From an uncultured Alphaproteobacteria bacterium (lineage in GTDB: Bacteria > Pseudomonadota > Alphaproteobacteria > RF32 > CAG-239), in the NCBI GenBank assembly GCA_944391685.1, contig CALXUM010000003.1:73481-137480 (forward strand): DNA of 64,000 bases. Direction: 5' to 3'. The notes under the pieces were generated by a model. The model saw only the letters and a list, made by a program, of their open reading frames with translations, was not told where the DNA came from and searched no databases. A program made the translations under genes and the position numbers. Position 1 is the first letter of the stretch; each line of letters opens with the position of its first letter. Below, one piece after another: positions 52,843 to 64,000 of this stretch.

Positions 52843-53619
52843 ATGAAAAAAATATGTCTGTTGGTTGTTCCGATGTTGCTTGCAGGTTGTCTTAATGCCG
52901 GCGATTATGATATTTTTCCGGCCAGAAATGATATTTTTACGATTGCAAACGGCTACGGTATTTCTTTTTATGATAATGATGAACGTTTGATTGGTTCGGA
53001 AACAATAGAAGAAACCAACTATAAGCTAAACGAATCGGCAACGGCATATAAAGGTTATACGGTTTTGAGCAATAAGGTTTATCGTAAAGATTTTTATGAA
53101 GAAAATTTTGTCCGTCCAAATAAAAACGGAGCTTTAAACAGTTCGTCTTTACCGCATAAATTTTTTGCCAAAGATAAGTATAAACTTATCGGTGAGGTTA
53201 CAATAGATGGTAAACGTTATAGATTGGTTCCTGGAGAACTTGAAAGCTTTGTATTTTTAATTGATGATGAAGGCTATTTTTATCGTAATATGGGGCAAGT
53301 TAAAGGAGGAACTTTGGTATTGTTAGATTCTGAATTTTTTCCGTATCCTGAAGATTTGAAAATGGTAGAAGTTACCACCTCTCGCAGTGAGCAGACAAAA
53401 CCGATTAAAGGTTTTGACGTGAAGTATGATGGGGTAAGGCTTGACAGGATTTGGTTTACTTATCTTGAATATACGGATGATGATGGAGAAAAAGGAACCT
53501 TTGAAAATATTAATTTCCCGAATAAGCCTGGTTTGATTGATATTAACGGAATCGGCTTCAGAGTTTTGCAGGCTGATGATGAAAAATTGCAATATATGGT
53601 GTTAAAAGACGAACATTAA
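52843..53619 (+). CDS. lipoprotein, function unknown
   Basis: Signal peptide and lipobox 'LLVVPMLLAGC'. Confidence 0.6.
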   Translation: MKKICLLVVPMLLAGCLNAGDYDIFPARNDIFTIANGYGISFYDNDERLIGSETIEETNYKLNESATAYKGYTVLSNKVYRKDFYEENFVRPNKNGALNSSSLPHKFFAKDKYKLIGEVTIDGKRYRLVPGELESFVFLIDDEGYFYRNMGQVKGGTLVLLDSEFFPYPEDLKMVEVTTSRSEQTKPIKGFDVKYDGVRLDRIWFTYLEYTDDDGEKGTFENINFPNKPGLIDINGIGFRVLQADDEKLQYMVLKDEH

Positions 53620-53722
53620 TTAAGCAATATATGAGCTCGGTTGGGTTGCAAAAAAATCTTGCACTTAAATGCGGCTTGATGTATAAAAACTCCGAATTAA
53701 GATTTTGAAAAGGAGTAAATTA

Positions 53723-54481
53723 ATGTCTGGACACTCCCAGTTTAAAAATATTATGTATCGTAAAGGTGCACAAGATGCTAAGAAGGCTCGTGTTTTTGCC
53801 AAGCTTGCTCGTGATATTACGATTGCCGCTAAAAGCGGTTTGCCTGAGCCTGATAAAAATCCGCGCTTACGTCTAGCTATTCAAGCTGCTCGTGCCGAAA
53901 GTATGCCTAAAGACAATATTGAACGTGCAATTGCCAAGGCTACCCAGACAGCAGGCGGAGCTGATTATGTCTCTACTCGTTATGAAGGATTTGGTCCCGG
54001 TAAGGTTGCAATTATTGTTGAGGCAATGACCGATAATAAAAATCGCACAGCCGGAAATATTCGTACCATATTCGGTAAAAGAGGCGGAGTCATGGGCGAA
54101 AGCGGTTCGGTTACCTTTAATTTTGAAAGAATCGGCTATATTCAATATCCTTTGGCAACTGCCGATGCTGATAAAATGTTTGAGGCTGCTTTAGAGGCAG
54201 GGGCAAATGATGTGGTATCAGATGAAGATAATCATGAGATTGAAACCTTACCTGATGATTTGGGGATGGTTACTGAAGCTTTAGAAAAAACTTTTGGTAC
54301 TCCTTCGGCATCTCGTTTGGATTGGAAACCAATGGTAAAAACTCCGGTTAATGATGTTGAAACAGCTCAAAAATTGCTTGATTTTATTGATGCTTTAGAA
54401 GAAGATGATGATGTGCAGCAGGTATATCATAATGCTGATATTGCAGATGAAGTTATGCAAAAGCTGAATCCGGAAGAGTAG
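53723..54481 (+). CDS. yebC: YebC/PmpR family DNA-binding regulator
   Basis: 'MSGHSQFKNIMYRKGAQDAKKARVFAKLARDITIAAKSG...DKNPRLRLAIQAARAESMPKDNIERAI'. Confidence 0.9.
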   Translation: MSGHSQFKNIMYRKGAQDAKKARVFAKLARDITIAAKSGLPEPDKNPRLRLAIQAARAESMPKDNIERAIAKATQTAGGADYVSTRYEGFGPGKVAIIVEAMTDNKNRTAGNIRTIFGKRGGVMGESGSVTFNFERIGYIQYPLATADADKMFEAALEAGANDVVSDEDNHEIETLPDDLGMVTEALEKTFGTPSASRLDWKPMVKTPVNDVETAQKLLDFIDALEEDDDVQQVYHNADIADEVMQKLNPEE

Positions 54482-54498
54482 GTTTTTGATGTAAAAAA

Positions 54499-54533
54499 AT
54501 CCGTCCTGGCTTTGGCTAAGGGCGGATTTTTTT
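54499..54533 (+). terminator. rho-independent terminator after yebC
   Basis: ATCCGTCC-(13 nt)-GGGCGGAT followed by TTTTTTTG. It lies inside the spurious N-terminal extension of the ruvC ORF. Confidence 0.6.
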
Positions 54534-54550
54534 GTTTGAGGAGATATGAA

Positions 54551-55024
54551 TTGCGTATTTTAGGACTAGATCCGAGTTTGTCTTCTACCGGGTGGGGAAT
54601 TGTGGAAGTTGAAAATAATCGTTTGCGATATGTGGCAGATGGTTTTATTCCGACAGATCCTAAAATGCCAATGGCAGAGCGGTTGGCTCTGATTAATAAA
54701 ACTTTGTGTGATGTGATTGAGTTGTACAAGCCTGATGAGGCGGCAATTGAACAGGTGTTTTTGAACTCAAACGCGGTATCTACGATCAAGCTTGGCATGG
54801 CAAGAGGTGTAGTTATGATGGCTCCGGCACAATATCATATACCGGTTACTGAGTATGAGCCTAATAAAATAAAAAAAGCAGTTGTGGGGGTTGGAAAAGC
54901 CGAAAAACAGCAAGTGGAAACTATGGTTAAAATATTGTTGCCAGGGTGTAAGCCTAAAAATAATGACAGTTCAGATGCTTTGGCAATTGCAATTACTCAC
55001 AACAGTTTTAGAAAGGTTCGCTAG
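54551..55024 (+). CDS. ruvC: Holliday junction resolvase RuvC
   Basis: TTG start after AGGAGA gives 'LRILGLDPSLSSTGWGIVE'. Also 'EQVFLNSNAVSTIKLGMARG' and 'DSSDALAIAITH'. Confidence 0.85.
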   Translation: MRILGLDPSLSSTGWGIVEVENNRLRYVADGFIPTDPKMPMAERLALINKTLCDVIELYKPDEAAIEQVFLNSNAVSTIKLGMARGVVMMAPAQYHIPVTEYEPNKIKKAVVGVGKAEKQQVETMVKILLPGCKPKNNDSSDALAIAITHNSFRKVR

Positions 55025-55026
55025 AT

Positions 55027-55725
55027 ATGAATATTGATTTGGTTATAAAAAAAGTTAGAGAATTGCTTGATAGTGACAAAACTGGTCATGGCTTTGATCA
55101 TGTGGAAAGGGTTTGGAAAACAGCTATAAAATTGTGTGGAGAGGACAAGGCTGATAAAGATGTTGTTGCGTTGGCAGCTTTATTACATGATGTAGATGAT
55201 TATAAACTTTTTGGGCAAGAATATGCCGATAATTTGTATAATGCAGTTAGAATTATGAAAGATGCTGGTGTTGTTCCGGAAAAACAAAAGAAAGTAATCG
55301 AGATTATAAAAAATATGGGATATTCAAAAGCATTAAAAGGTGTAAGGCCTGTTTCTTTGGAAGGAAGAATAGTCTCTGATGCTGATATGCTTGATGCCAT
55401 AGGTGCAATAGGTATTGTTAGGACTTTGGCATATGCTTTGGCCAGATGTGAAACGGTTGTTTTTGATAAAGATGTGTGGCCGGAACTTAATTTAAGTGCG
55501 GAAGAATATAAAAAATCAGGAAGAAAATCAGATAACTTTATTAATCACTTTTTTGAGAAGTTGTTAAAGATAAAGGATATTATGTTAACACCAGAAGGTT
55601 TTGCCGAGGCAGAGAAAAGGCATAAGCTGATGGTGGATTTTTTATATGGCTTTTTTGATGAGCAGAGATTGGATGATTGGAGTGCTTTTTTGAGTGATTT
55701 TGAAACTAGGAAAAAGGCTGCTTAA
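55027..55725 (+). CDS. HD-domain phosphohydrolase
   Basis: 'GHGFDHVERV' and 'AALLHDVDD' form the HD motif. Confidence 0.75.
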   Translation: MNIDLVIKKVRELLDSDKTGHGFDHVERVWKTAIKLCGEDKADKDVVALAALLHDVDDYKLFGQEYADNLYNAVRIMKDAGVVPEKQKKVIEIIKNMGYSKALKGVRPVSLEGRIVSDADMLDAIGAIGIVRTLAYALARCETVVFDKDVWPELNLSAEEYKKSGRKSDNFINHFFEKLLKIKDIMLTPEGFAEAEKRHKLMVDFLYGFFDEQRLDDWSAFLSDFETRKKAA

Positions 55726-55818
55726 AGTTTTTATTTTGTTCTATAAGTGAAATTAATTTGTTGCAGGGAAGTTATAAATTGTATAATCTGGCAACAGGTA
55801 TTATATAATGAGGTGAAC

Positions 55819-56475
55819 ATGATTGCTAAACTACGCGGTATGGTAGATTCTATAGGCGAAGATTTTTGTGTTATTGATGTTAACGGAGTGGGATATTTGG
55901 TATTTGCCTCTGCAAAGACATTAAGTAAATTGGTTTTGGGCGGACAAGTATCGTTGTTAATAGAGACCGTGGTGCGAGAGGATAGTATATCATTGTTTGG
56001 TTTTGCCGATGCCTGGGAAAAAGAATGGTTTGCCACTTTGACCAAAGTGCAGGGTGTGGGAGCAAAAGTTTGCTTGGCTATTCTGTCGGTGTTAAATCCG
56101 TTACAATTGGCACAGGCGGTATCGGCTCAAGATAAAAATTCTTTTACCAGAGCAAGTGGTGTCGGGCCAAAATTGGCGGCTCGTATTGTGACTGAACTTA
56201 AAGATAAGATTGTAACTGTTCCGGTTAGTGATATGGCAAAGGATATAAATATGGATATGACACCTCAGGACCAAGTAAATAATTATGAAGATGTTTTAAC
56301 GGCTCAAGCGGCTGATCCTGACAAAATTGAAGATGCAATTTCTGCTCTTGTTAATTTGGGATATCAACGTTTAGAAGCATATAAGGCCGTTAATCAGGCT
56401 GCTTTACAGGCTCCGGATGCCGATATGGCTGAATTGATTAAATTGGCTTTGAAAGAATTTGCAAAAAAGGACTAA
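55819..56475 (+). CDS. ruvA: Holliday junction DNA helicase RuvA
   Basis: 'MIAKLRGMVDSIGEDFCVIDVNGVGYLV', 'LTKVQGVGAKVCLAILS' and 'SGVGPKLAARIVTELK'. Confidence 0.9.
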   Translation: MIAKLRGMVDSIGEDFCVIDVNGVGYLVFASAKTLSKLVLGGQVSLLIETVVREDSISLFGFADAWEKEWFATLTKVQGVGAKVCLAILSVLNPLQLAQAVSAQDKNSFTRASGVGPKLAARIVTELKDKIVTVPVSDMAKDINMDMTPQDQVNNYEDVLTAQAADPDKIEDAISALVNLGYQRLEAYKAVNQAALQAPDADMAELIKLALKEFAKKD

Positions 56476-56479
56476 CTGA

Positions 56480-57529
56480 ATGATTGAAGAACGGATTGTG
56501 AGTCCGCAAAGACAGGAAGATGATGAACAAACACAAGGAATGCCGGTTAATTTGCGACCGACAAGTTTGAGTGACTTTGTTGGTCAGCGTACGGTTTGTG
56601 AAAATCTTAAAGTATTTATTGAGGCTGCAAAACAGAGAGGAGAAGCTTTGGATCATGTTTTGTTGTTTGGTCCTCCGGGGCTAGGCAAAACCACTTTGGC
56701 TTCAATTGTGGCTAAAGAATTGGGAGTCGGGTTCAGAGCTACTTCGGCACCTATGATTTCAAAATCAGGCGATTTGGCAGCAATTTTAACTAATCTTGAA
56801 CGCAATGATGTGCTGTTTATTGATGAAATTCATCGTTTGAATCCTGCGATCGAAGAAGTTTTGTATTCGGCAATGGAAGATTTTCAGTTGGATTTGATTA
56901 TAGGTGAGGGGCCTTCGGCTCGTTCGGTTAGAATTGATCTGCAGCCGTTTACTCTGGTCGGAGCGACAACCAGGTCAGGAATGTTGTCAACTCCATTGAG
57001 AGAACGTTTCGGAATACCTCTGAGGTTGGATTTTTATTCTCCGGAAGAGTTGAAAAAAATTGTTTTACGCGGAGCAAAATTATTGGAAATGCCATTATCT
57101 GATGTCGGGGCATTGGAAATAGCCAAACGTTCAAGAGGGACACCTCGTGTGGCAGGGCGTTTGTTACGGCGAGTTCGTGATTTCGGAGCTGTTTGTGGGG
57201 CGAGTGAAATTGATAATAAAATTGCCGACAGTGCTCTAAAACGTTTAGATGTTGACGATTATGGTTTGGATGCTTTTGACAGACGTTATTTGAATTGTAT
57301 TGTGCAAAATTACGGCGGTGGTCCGGTGGGAGCAGATACTTTGGCGGCAGCTTTGTCAGAAGAGAGAGATACAATAGAAGAAGTGATTGAGCCGTTTTTG
57401 TTGAAATTGGGATTTTTGCAACGCACTCCTCGCGGACGTGTTATTTCCGACTTGGGATGCAAATATTTGGGAGTGCCTAAGCTTAAAAAAGATAAAATGG
57501 CAGCACAATTGGATTTACTTGATAATTAG
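56480..57529 (+). CDS. ruvB: Holliday junction DNA helicase RuvB
   Basis: '[12 protein letters not shown]', '[11 protein letters not shown]', 'LFIDEIHRL', 'LVGATTRSG' and '[16 protein letters not shown]'. Confidence 0.95.
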   Translation: MIEERIVSPQRQEDDEQTQGMPVNLRPTSLSDFVGQRTVCENLKVFIEAAKQRGEALDHVLLFGPPGLGKTTLASIVAKELGVGFRATSAPMISKSGDLAAILTNLERNDVLFIDEIHRLNPAIEEVLYSAMEDFQLDLIIGEGPSARSVRIDLQPFTLVGATTRSGMLSTPLRERFGIPLRLDFYSPEELKKIVLRGAKLLEMPLSDVGALEIAKRSRGTPRVAGRLLRRVRDFGAVCGASEIDNKIADSALKRLDVDDYGLDAFDRRYLNCIVQNYGGGPVGADTLAAALSEERDTIEEVIEPFLLKLGFLQRTPRGRVISDLGCKYLGVPKLKKDKMAAQLDLLDN

Positions 57530-57541
57530 AGGTTTTTTGAA

Positions 57542-57985
57542 ATGATTATAAAAGCGGTTGCTTCACCAAAAGGAGAATTTAACGGTAATGAATTTTTATT
57601 TCCGGTTAGAGTGTATTATGAAGATACCGATGCCGGTGGAATCGTTTATTATGCAAATTATCTTAAGTTTGCAGAAAGAGCTCGTACGGAATATATTAGA
57701 GCATTAGGATTTCGTCAGCAAGATGATTTGGAAAAAGAAGAAAAATTTGGTTTTGTAGTGCGTCATTGTGAAATTGATTATTTGGCTCCTGCTGTTTTAG
57801 ATGATGAATTGGTGGTAAGTTGTCAGGTGACTGAGGTTGGCGGAGCATCGGCTGTTATGCATCAAGAAATTACCAGAGGAGAAGATATTTTGGTTAGTTT
57901 GGATGTTAAGGTTGTATATTTATCTATCAGTAATAAAAGACCAACCAGAATTCCAAAAGACTTATTAGCTAAAATGGGATTTTAG
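57542..57985 (+). CDS. ybgC: tol-pal associated acyl-CoA thioesterase YbgC
   Basis: 'VRVYYEDTDAGGIVYYANYLKFAERARTEYIRALG' is a 4HBT hotdog motif. Lies upstream of tolQ. Confidence 0.8.
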   Translation: MIIKAVASPKGEFNGNEFLFPVRVYYEDTDAGGIVYYANYLKFAERARTEYIRALGFRQQDDLEKEEKFGFVVRHCEIDYLAPAVLDDELVVSCQVTEVGGASAVMHQEITRGEDILVSLDVKVVYLSISNKRPTRIPKDLLAKMGF

Positions 57986-58121
57986 AAAAAAACATATGCC
58001 GTTGTTAATTGTGGACAGCGGCATTTTTATGAAAAAATAGTAAGATATTAATTGAATCTTTAATATTCTGTGCTAAATTCCGATTAAATTTTTGTGAAAC
58101 AATAAAAAGGTGGATGAGATT

Positions 58122-58868
58122 ATGGATACAGAAACTCTTGGAGATGTTGCCGCAACAGCTTCGCAAATGTCTATGTGGGATTTGGTTTGGGCATCTGATA
58201 TGGTGACCAAAGTGGTTATGATAGGTTTGATTGCCGCATCTGTTTGGTCATGGGCGATTATTTTTGAAAAATTTGGAACATTGCGTCAGGTTAAACAACG
58301 CTCTGTTAAGTTTGAAGAAAAATTTTGGTCTGGAGGCTCATTGGATAGGTTGTATGATTCCATCGGTAATCATCCAAATGATCCGATGGCGGCAATGTTT
58401 GTTTCTGCAATGCGTGAGTGGAAACGCACCAATATTTTAAAATCAAAGACCGATCGTGGTTTGCGAGGGGTTTCTTTACAACAACGTATTGAAAAAGCAA
58501 TGACTGTTTCTATGGATAAAGAGCTTGATGAACTTGATACTAGAATGGGATTTTTAGCTTCTACAGGTTCGGTTGCTCCATTGGTTGGTTTGTTCGGAAC
58601 TGTTTGGGGTATTATTAACAGTTTTAATGGTATTGCTTCTACTCAAAGCAATTCATTGGCAGCAATGGCTCCCGGTATTGCAGAAGCATTGTTTACAACT
58701 GCATTTGGTTTGATTGCGGCTATTCCGGCGGTGGTGGCATATAATAAAATTTCTTCCGATATTGATCGTTATGCTAAAAAGTTGGAAAATTTTATGGCCG
58801 AATTTTCAAGCATCTTATCTCGTGAAATTGATGATACCGCTATTAAAGCCGATATGGCCGGAGAATAA
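58122..58868 (+). CDS. tolQ: Tol-Pal system protein TolQ
   Basis: MotA/TolQ/ExbB pattern 'LASTGSVAPLVGLFGTVWGIINSF' and 'APGIAEALFTTAFGLIAAIPAVVAYN'. ATG at 58122 follows AGGTGG. Confidence 0.9.
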   Translation: MDTETLGDVAATASQMSMWDLVWASDMVTKVVMIGLIAASVWSWAIIFEKFGTLRQVKQRSVKFEEKFWSGGSLDRLYDSIGNHPNDPMAAMFVSAMREWKRTNILKSKTDRGLRGVSLQQRIEKAMTVSMDKELDELDTRMGFLASTGSVAPLVGLFGTVWGIINSFNGIASTQSNSLAAMAPGIAEALFTTAFGLIAAIPAVVAYNKISSDIDRYAKKLENFMAEFSSILSREIDDTAIKADMAGE

Positions 58869-58870
58869 AA

Positions 58871-59317
58871 ATGGTATTTATGGTAGAAAATCAACGTCAT
58901 CAATCTGTTCGTTACAGACGAAATGCCGATATAAACATTACTAATTTGATGGATGTTATGATGGTGTTGTTGGTAGTGTTTATGGTGGCAGCACCGTTGA
59001 TGACATCTGGTATTGCTCTTGACTTACCAAAAGTCGGCGGCAAAGCTTTGGAAGGTGAGGAGACCTCAATAAACATAAGTGTAGATAAAGAAGGTTATTA
59101 TTATATCGGTGAAACCGAAGTTCCTGCCGATAAGATTGTTGACAAATTAAAGGCAATGGTCGAGGCCAATAAAACTTTGAGCGTTACCATTTCCGGAGAC
59201 AGCGGAGCTGAGTACGGAAGAATTATCGGATTGATGGCAATTTTGAAAGAAGCCGGTTTTGATAAAGTCGGCTTGAAAACCGAACCTAAACCGTTGAATC
59301 AAAGAAAGAAAAAATAA
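58871..59317 (+). CDS. tolR: Tol-Pal system protein TolR (ExbD/TolR family)
   Basis: 'ADINITNLMDVMMVLLVVFMVAAPLM' and 'GIALDLPK'. Confidence 0.85.
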   Translation: MVFMVENQRHQSVRYRRNADINITNLMDVMMVLLVVFMVAAPLMTSGIALDLPKVGGKALEGEETSINISVDKEGYYYIGETEVPADKIVDKLKAMVEANKTLSVTISGDSGAEYGRIIGLMAILKEAGFDKVGLKTEPKPLNQRKKK

Positions 59318-59320
59318 AAA

Positions 59321-60265
59321 ATGAAGACGGCACTGAAAAAATCTATTGCGTTGCACTTAATCGTTTTTATTTTGTGCATGGTGGATTTGCCTTTGTTTTG
59401 GTGGGACAAGCCAACAATTGGGCAAGTGCCGATCATTGTTGATTTGCAAAATGTTAAAATATCTGAAATGACAAATTTGCCTCCTAAGGCTAAAATTGGT
59501 AAAGAAGATAAAGCTGCATCTCAGGTTAAACGTAAGATAGAAGAAAAATATGCTAAAGAAGAGCCTAAAGAGGAGGCAAAACCTGAACCTGAAGATAAAA
59601 AGGCTGAGCCTGAAGATATTCCTGAGCCTCCGGTTGCAAAGCCTGAACCTCCAAAGAGAGATCACTTGGTAGCACCTCAGCCTAAGAAGCCGGCTCCAAA
59701 GGTGAAAAAAACAGAAAAGCCAAAACCCAAACCACAGCCCAAAAAGCCTACACCTAAAAAGCCGGAACCGAAAAAAGATACCCAAAAACCAGAGTTGGCA
59801 AATCCGTTGAAGAGTTTGTTGGCATCGGTTGATGCTTTGGAAAAAGCTGAAGGAAATACGGATACAACCGCAACAATAAAAGAAGGTACCGAAGTTAACA
59901 ATATGGGAATTGAAGGAGGAACCGGAGGATCATACTTCAGTGAGTTGTCAATATCTGAGATTGATGCAATTGCCGGACGGTTGCGTGCTTGTTGGAATCT
60001 TGATCCAGGAGCAATGGGTATTGAAGATATGATCGTTGAAATCAGGGCACAGCTTAACCAAGACGGAACAGTTCGCAGAGTTGATATTTTAGATACATCT
60101 AGATATAATAGTGATAGCCATTTCCGTTCGGTAGCAGATAGTGCTAAAAGAGCTGTATATATTTGTGCTCCATATTCAATTTTGGCTGATAAATATGCTG
60201 AAAAATATGATTTGTGGAAAACAATGCGTTTGCGTTTCAATCCGATTGACAAACAAATCAGATAG
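59321..60265 (+). CDS. tolA: TolA-like protein
   Basis: N-terminal TM, long K/P/E-rich spacer, and a globular C-terminal domain. Located after tolR. Confidence 0.7.
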   Translation: MKTALKKSIALHLIVFILCMVDLPLFWWDKPTIGQVPIIVDLQNVKISEMTNLPPKAKIGKEDKAASQVKRKIEEKYAKEEPKEEAKPEPEDKKAEPEDIPEPPVAKPEPPKRDHLVAPQPKKPAPKVKKTEKPKPKPQPKKPTPKKPEPKKDTQKPELANPLKSLLASVDALEKAEGNTDTTATIKEGTEVNNMGIEGGTGGSYFSELSISEIDAIAGRLRACWNLDPGAMGIEDMIVEIRAQLNQDGTVRRVDILDTSRYNSDSHFRSVADSAKRAVYICAPYSILADKYAEKYDLWKTMRLRFNPIDKQIR

Positions 60266-60309
60266 TTTTTAAATCTGATATAGCATAATAGTGATGTGAG
60301 GTACTCACA

Positions 60310-61026
60310 ATGGCCGATGTTAATGTAAAAAAAATGCCAATAGCAATAATTTTAGAAGATAGTTTGAGCTATTTTAAAAATAATTTGTTGCAAATGACGA
60401 GTTTTTCTTTGTTTGCTTACTTTTTAGCGGTGGTGGCGTTATATAGCTGGAAAACAATTTGGTTTTGGCCTTTTATGCTGGTGGTTTATATCCTGTGGAG
60501 TGCTTTTTTCCGTTTTTATTTTAAGCGTCAGCCTTATTTTTCTTTACGACCGATTATGTATTCCATGGTGCCGTCAACCAAAATTTTGGTTTTGGGTGTG
60601 GTTATCATAACTATATTGATTGCATTGCCTTTTGTACCTTTGTTTTTACCGATTTCTCCGGATTGGATTGATGATTATGCATTATTTTTACAACACAATA
60701 TGCAAGAAAGCGATGTGGTCGATGCGGTTTTGAATTTGGTGGTGATAATTTTATCGCCGTTTTTGTTTTATCGTCCGGCGCTGGCTTGGATTGCAGCTAT
60801 TACCGGCAGAAGCGGTTCTTTAAGATTTGCCTGGAGCAAAACCAAGGGTAATTATTGGGAATTTTTGCTGATGGCAATTATTATAGATTTAAGCTCTGTA
60901 CTTTTTTATAAACTAATATTGATATTGGGCGGGAACATTGCCGTTGCTCTTATATTTTTAGCACCGTTGACAATTTATTTTAATGTAGCATTGGCTAAAG
61001 TTTACAGCTTTTTCTTTTTAGAGTAG
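60310..61026 (+). CDS. polytopic membrane protein, unknown function
   Basis: 238-aa ORF with several hydrophobic segments. Confidence 0.5.
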   Translation: MADVNVKKMPIAIILEDSLSYFKNNLLQMTSFSLFAYFLAVVALYSWKTIWFWPFMLVVYILWSAFFRFYFKRQPYFSLRPIMYSMVPSTKILVLGVVIITILIALPFVPLFLPISPDWIDDYALFLQHNMQESDVVDAVLNLVVIILSPFLFYRPALAWIAAITGRSGSLRFAWSKTKGNYWEFLLMAIIIDLSSVLFYKLILILGGNIAVALIFLAPLTIYFNVALAKVYSFFFLE

Positions 61027-61051
61027 GGTAAAAAAACGGATATATCCATGA

Positions 61052-63558
<2,507 letters not shown>

Positions 63559-63691
63559 CTATCCTCAGTTTTTTTATAATATAAATGTTTTAATATGAAA
63601 AGCTATAACTAGATAAAGGTTATACAGAATTATAGTTTACAAAAATATTGTGTTGTAGTATTAATAAAGACAAAATTTAATTATTAATATC

Positions 63692-64000
63692 ATGATTATG
63701 AAAACGAAGATTTGGGCAATCGTGTTAACTGTGTTAACATTTGCCATTTGGTTTCCGGAAAATGCAGAAGCACAATTTTCAATGCGTAGAAGCAGAGTGA
63801 CAACTACAGCTAAACCCAAAACCAAGCAAGTCATTATTGCCGGTACAAAAGATGGGGTTTTATCTTATCTAATTCGCGACGGTAAAAGACAAAGCTTTGT
63901 ACAAAAGGAAAAAATTTGGAATCCGTGGTGTTACTTCGTTAAAGATACGCTTGATGTTAGAATCCCTTTGTATAAATCGGAAGAAGAAACAGTTGATGAA
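63692..64000 (+). CDS. secreted hypothetical protein, partial (runs off the right window edge)
   Basis: ATG at 63692. 'MIMKTKIWAIVLTVLTFAIWFPENAEA' is a signal peptide. Open to the window end. Confidence 0.45.
   Translation, partial: MIMKTKIWAIVLTVLTFAIWFPENAEAQFSMRRSRVTTTAKPKTKQVIIAGTKDGVLSYLIRDGKRQSFVQKEKIWNPWCYFVKDTLDVRIPLYKSEEETVDE

Noticed and set aside
54512-54550. N-terminal extension of ruvC (MAKGGFFCLRRYE)
   Set aside because: It is encoded by the yebC terminator hairpin. RuvC homology starts at the TTG (54551), which is preceded by AGGAGA.
59357-60252. Two long minus-strand ORFs (142 and 191 aa) antisense to tolA
   Set aside because: They are low-complexity mirror frames of the K/P/E-rich tolA spacer. 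Their composition is implausible (F/R/L/C-rich) and tolA context supports the plus strand.

Overview
AT-rich bacterial chromosome segment in three parts; GC was judged by eye, not computed. (i) 1-17.2 kb is an accessory, defence-type island. It holds a DUF3768-type gene pair typical of mobile elements. Next comes a five-gene cluster: an AsnRS-type class II catalytic core with no anticodon-binding domain, a MetRS-like protein with degenerate HIGH and KMSKS signatures, an MccF/LD-carboxypeptidase-type S66 peptidase, and two SAM methyltransferases. Then comes a six-gene, same-strand operon in which a type III restriction-modification pair (mod, res) is split by three inserted genes (a membrane-anchored putative HEPN protein, an unknown protein, and an Mrr-cat-like nuclease) and followed 4 nt later by an SNF2 helicase. 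An XRE regulator closes the island. (ii) 17.2-47.9 kb is a roughly 30 kb lambda-like prophage on the minus strand. It runs from the lysis cassette (holin, endolysin, overlapped spanins) through tail, head (gpE/gpD/gpC/gpB/gpW/gpA-like), terminase, ParB-like genes and a short early region to a P4-type tyrosine integrase next to tRNA-Thr(UGU). It carries several moron-like inserts, two with their own terminators, a readable -1 frameshift in the tail assembly chaperone, and a 6 x 51-bp coding tandem repeat. (iii) 48.3-64 kb is ordinary core genome: cspA-like, pepP, prmA, yebC, ruvC-HD-ruvA-ruvB, ybgC-tolQ-tolR-tolA and ligA. This order is typical of proteobacteria. An AT-rich alphaproteobacterial host is only an inference. 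No rRNA, CRISPR array or IS transposase was seen. The best candidates for an undescribed system are the split type III R-M/SNF2 operon (6.7-16.6 kb) and the aaRS-paralogue/MccF-like cluster (1.4-6.6 kb).
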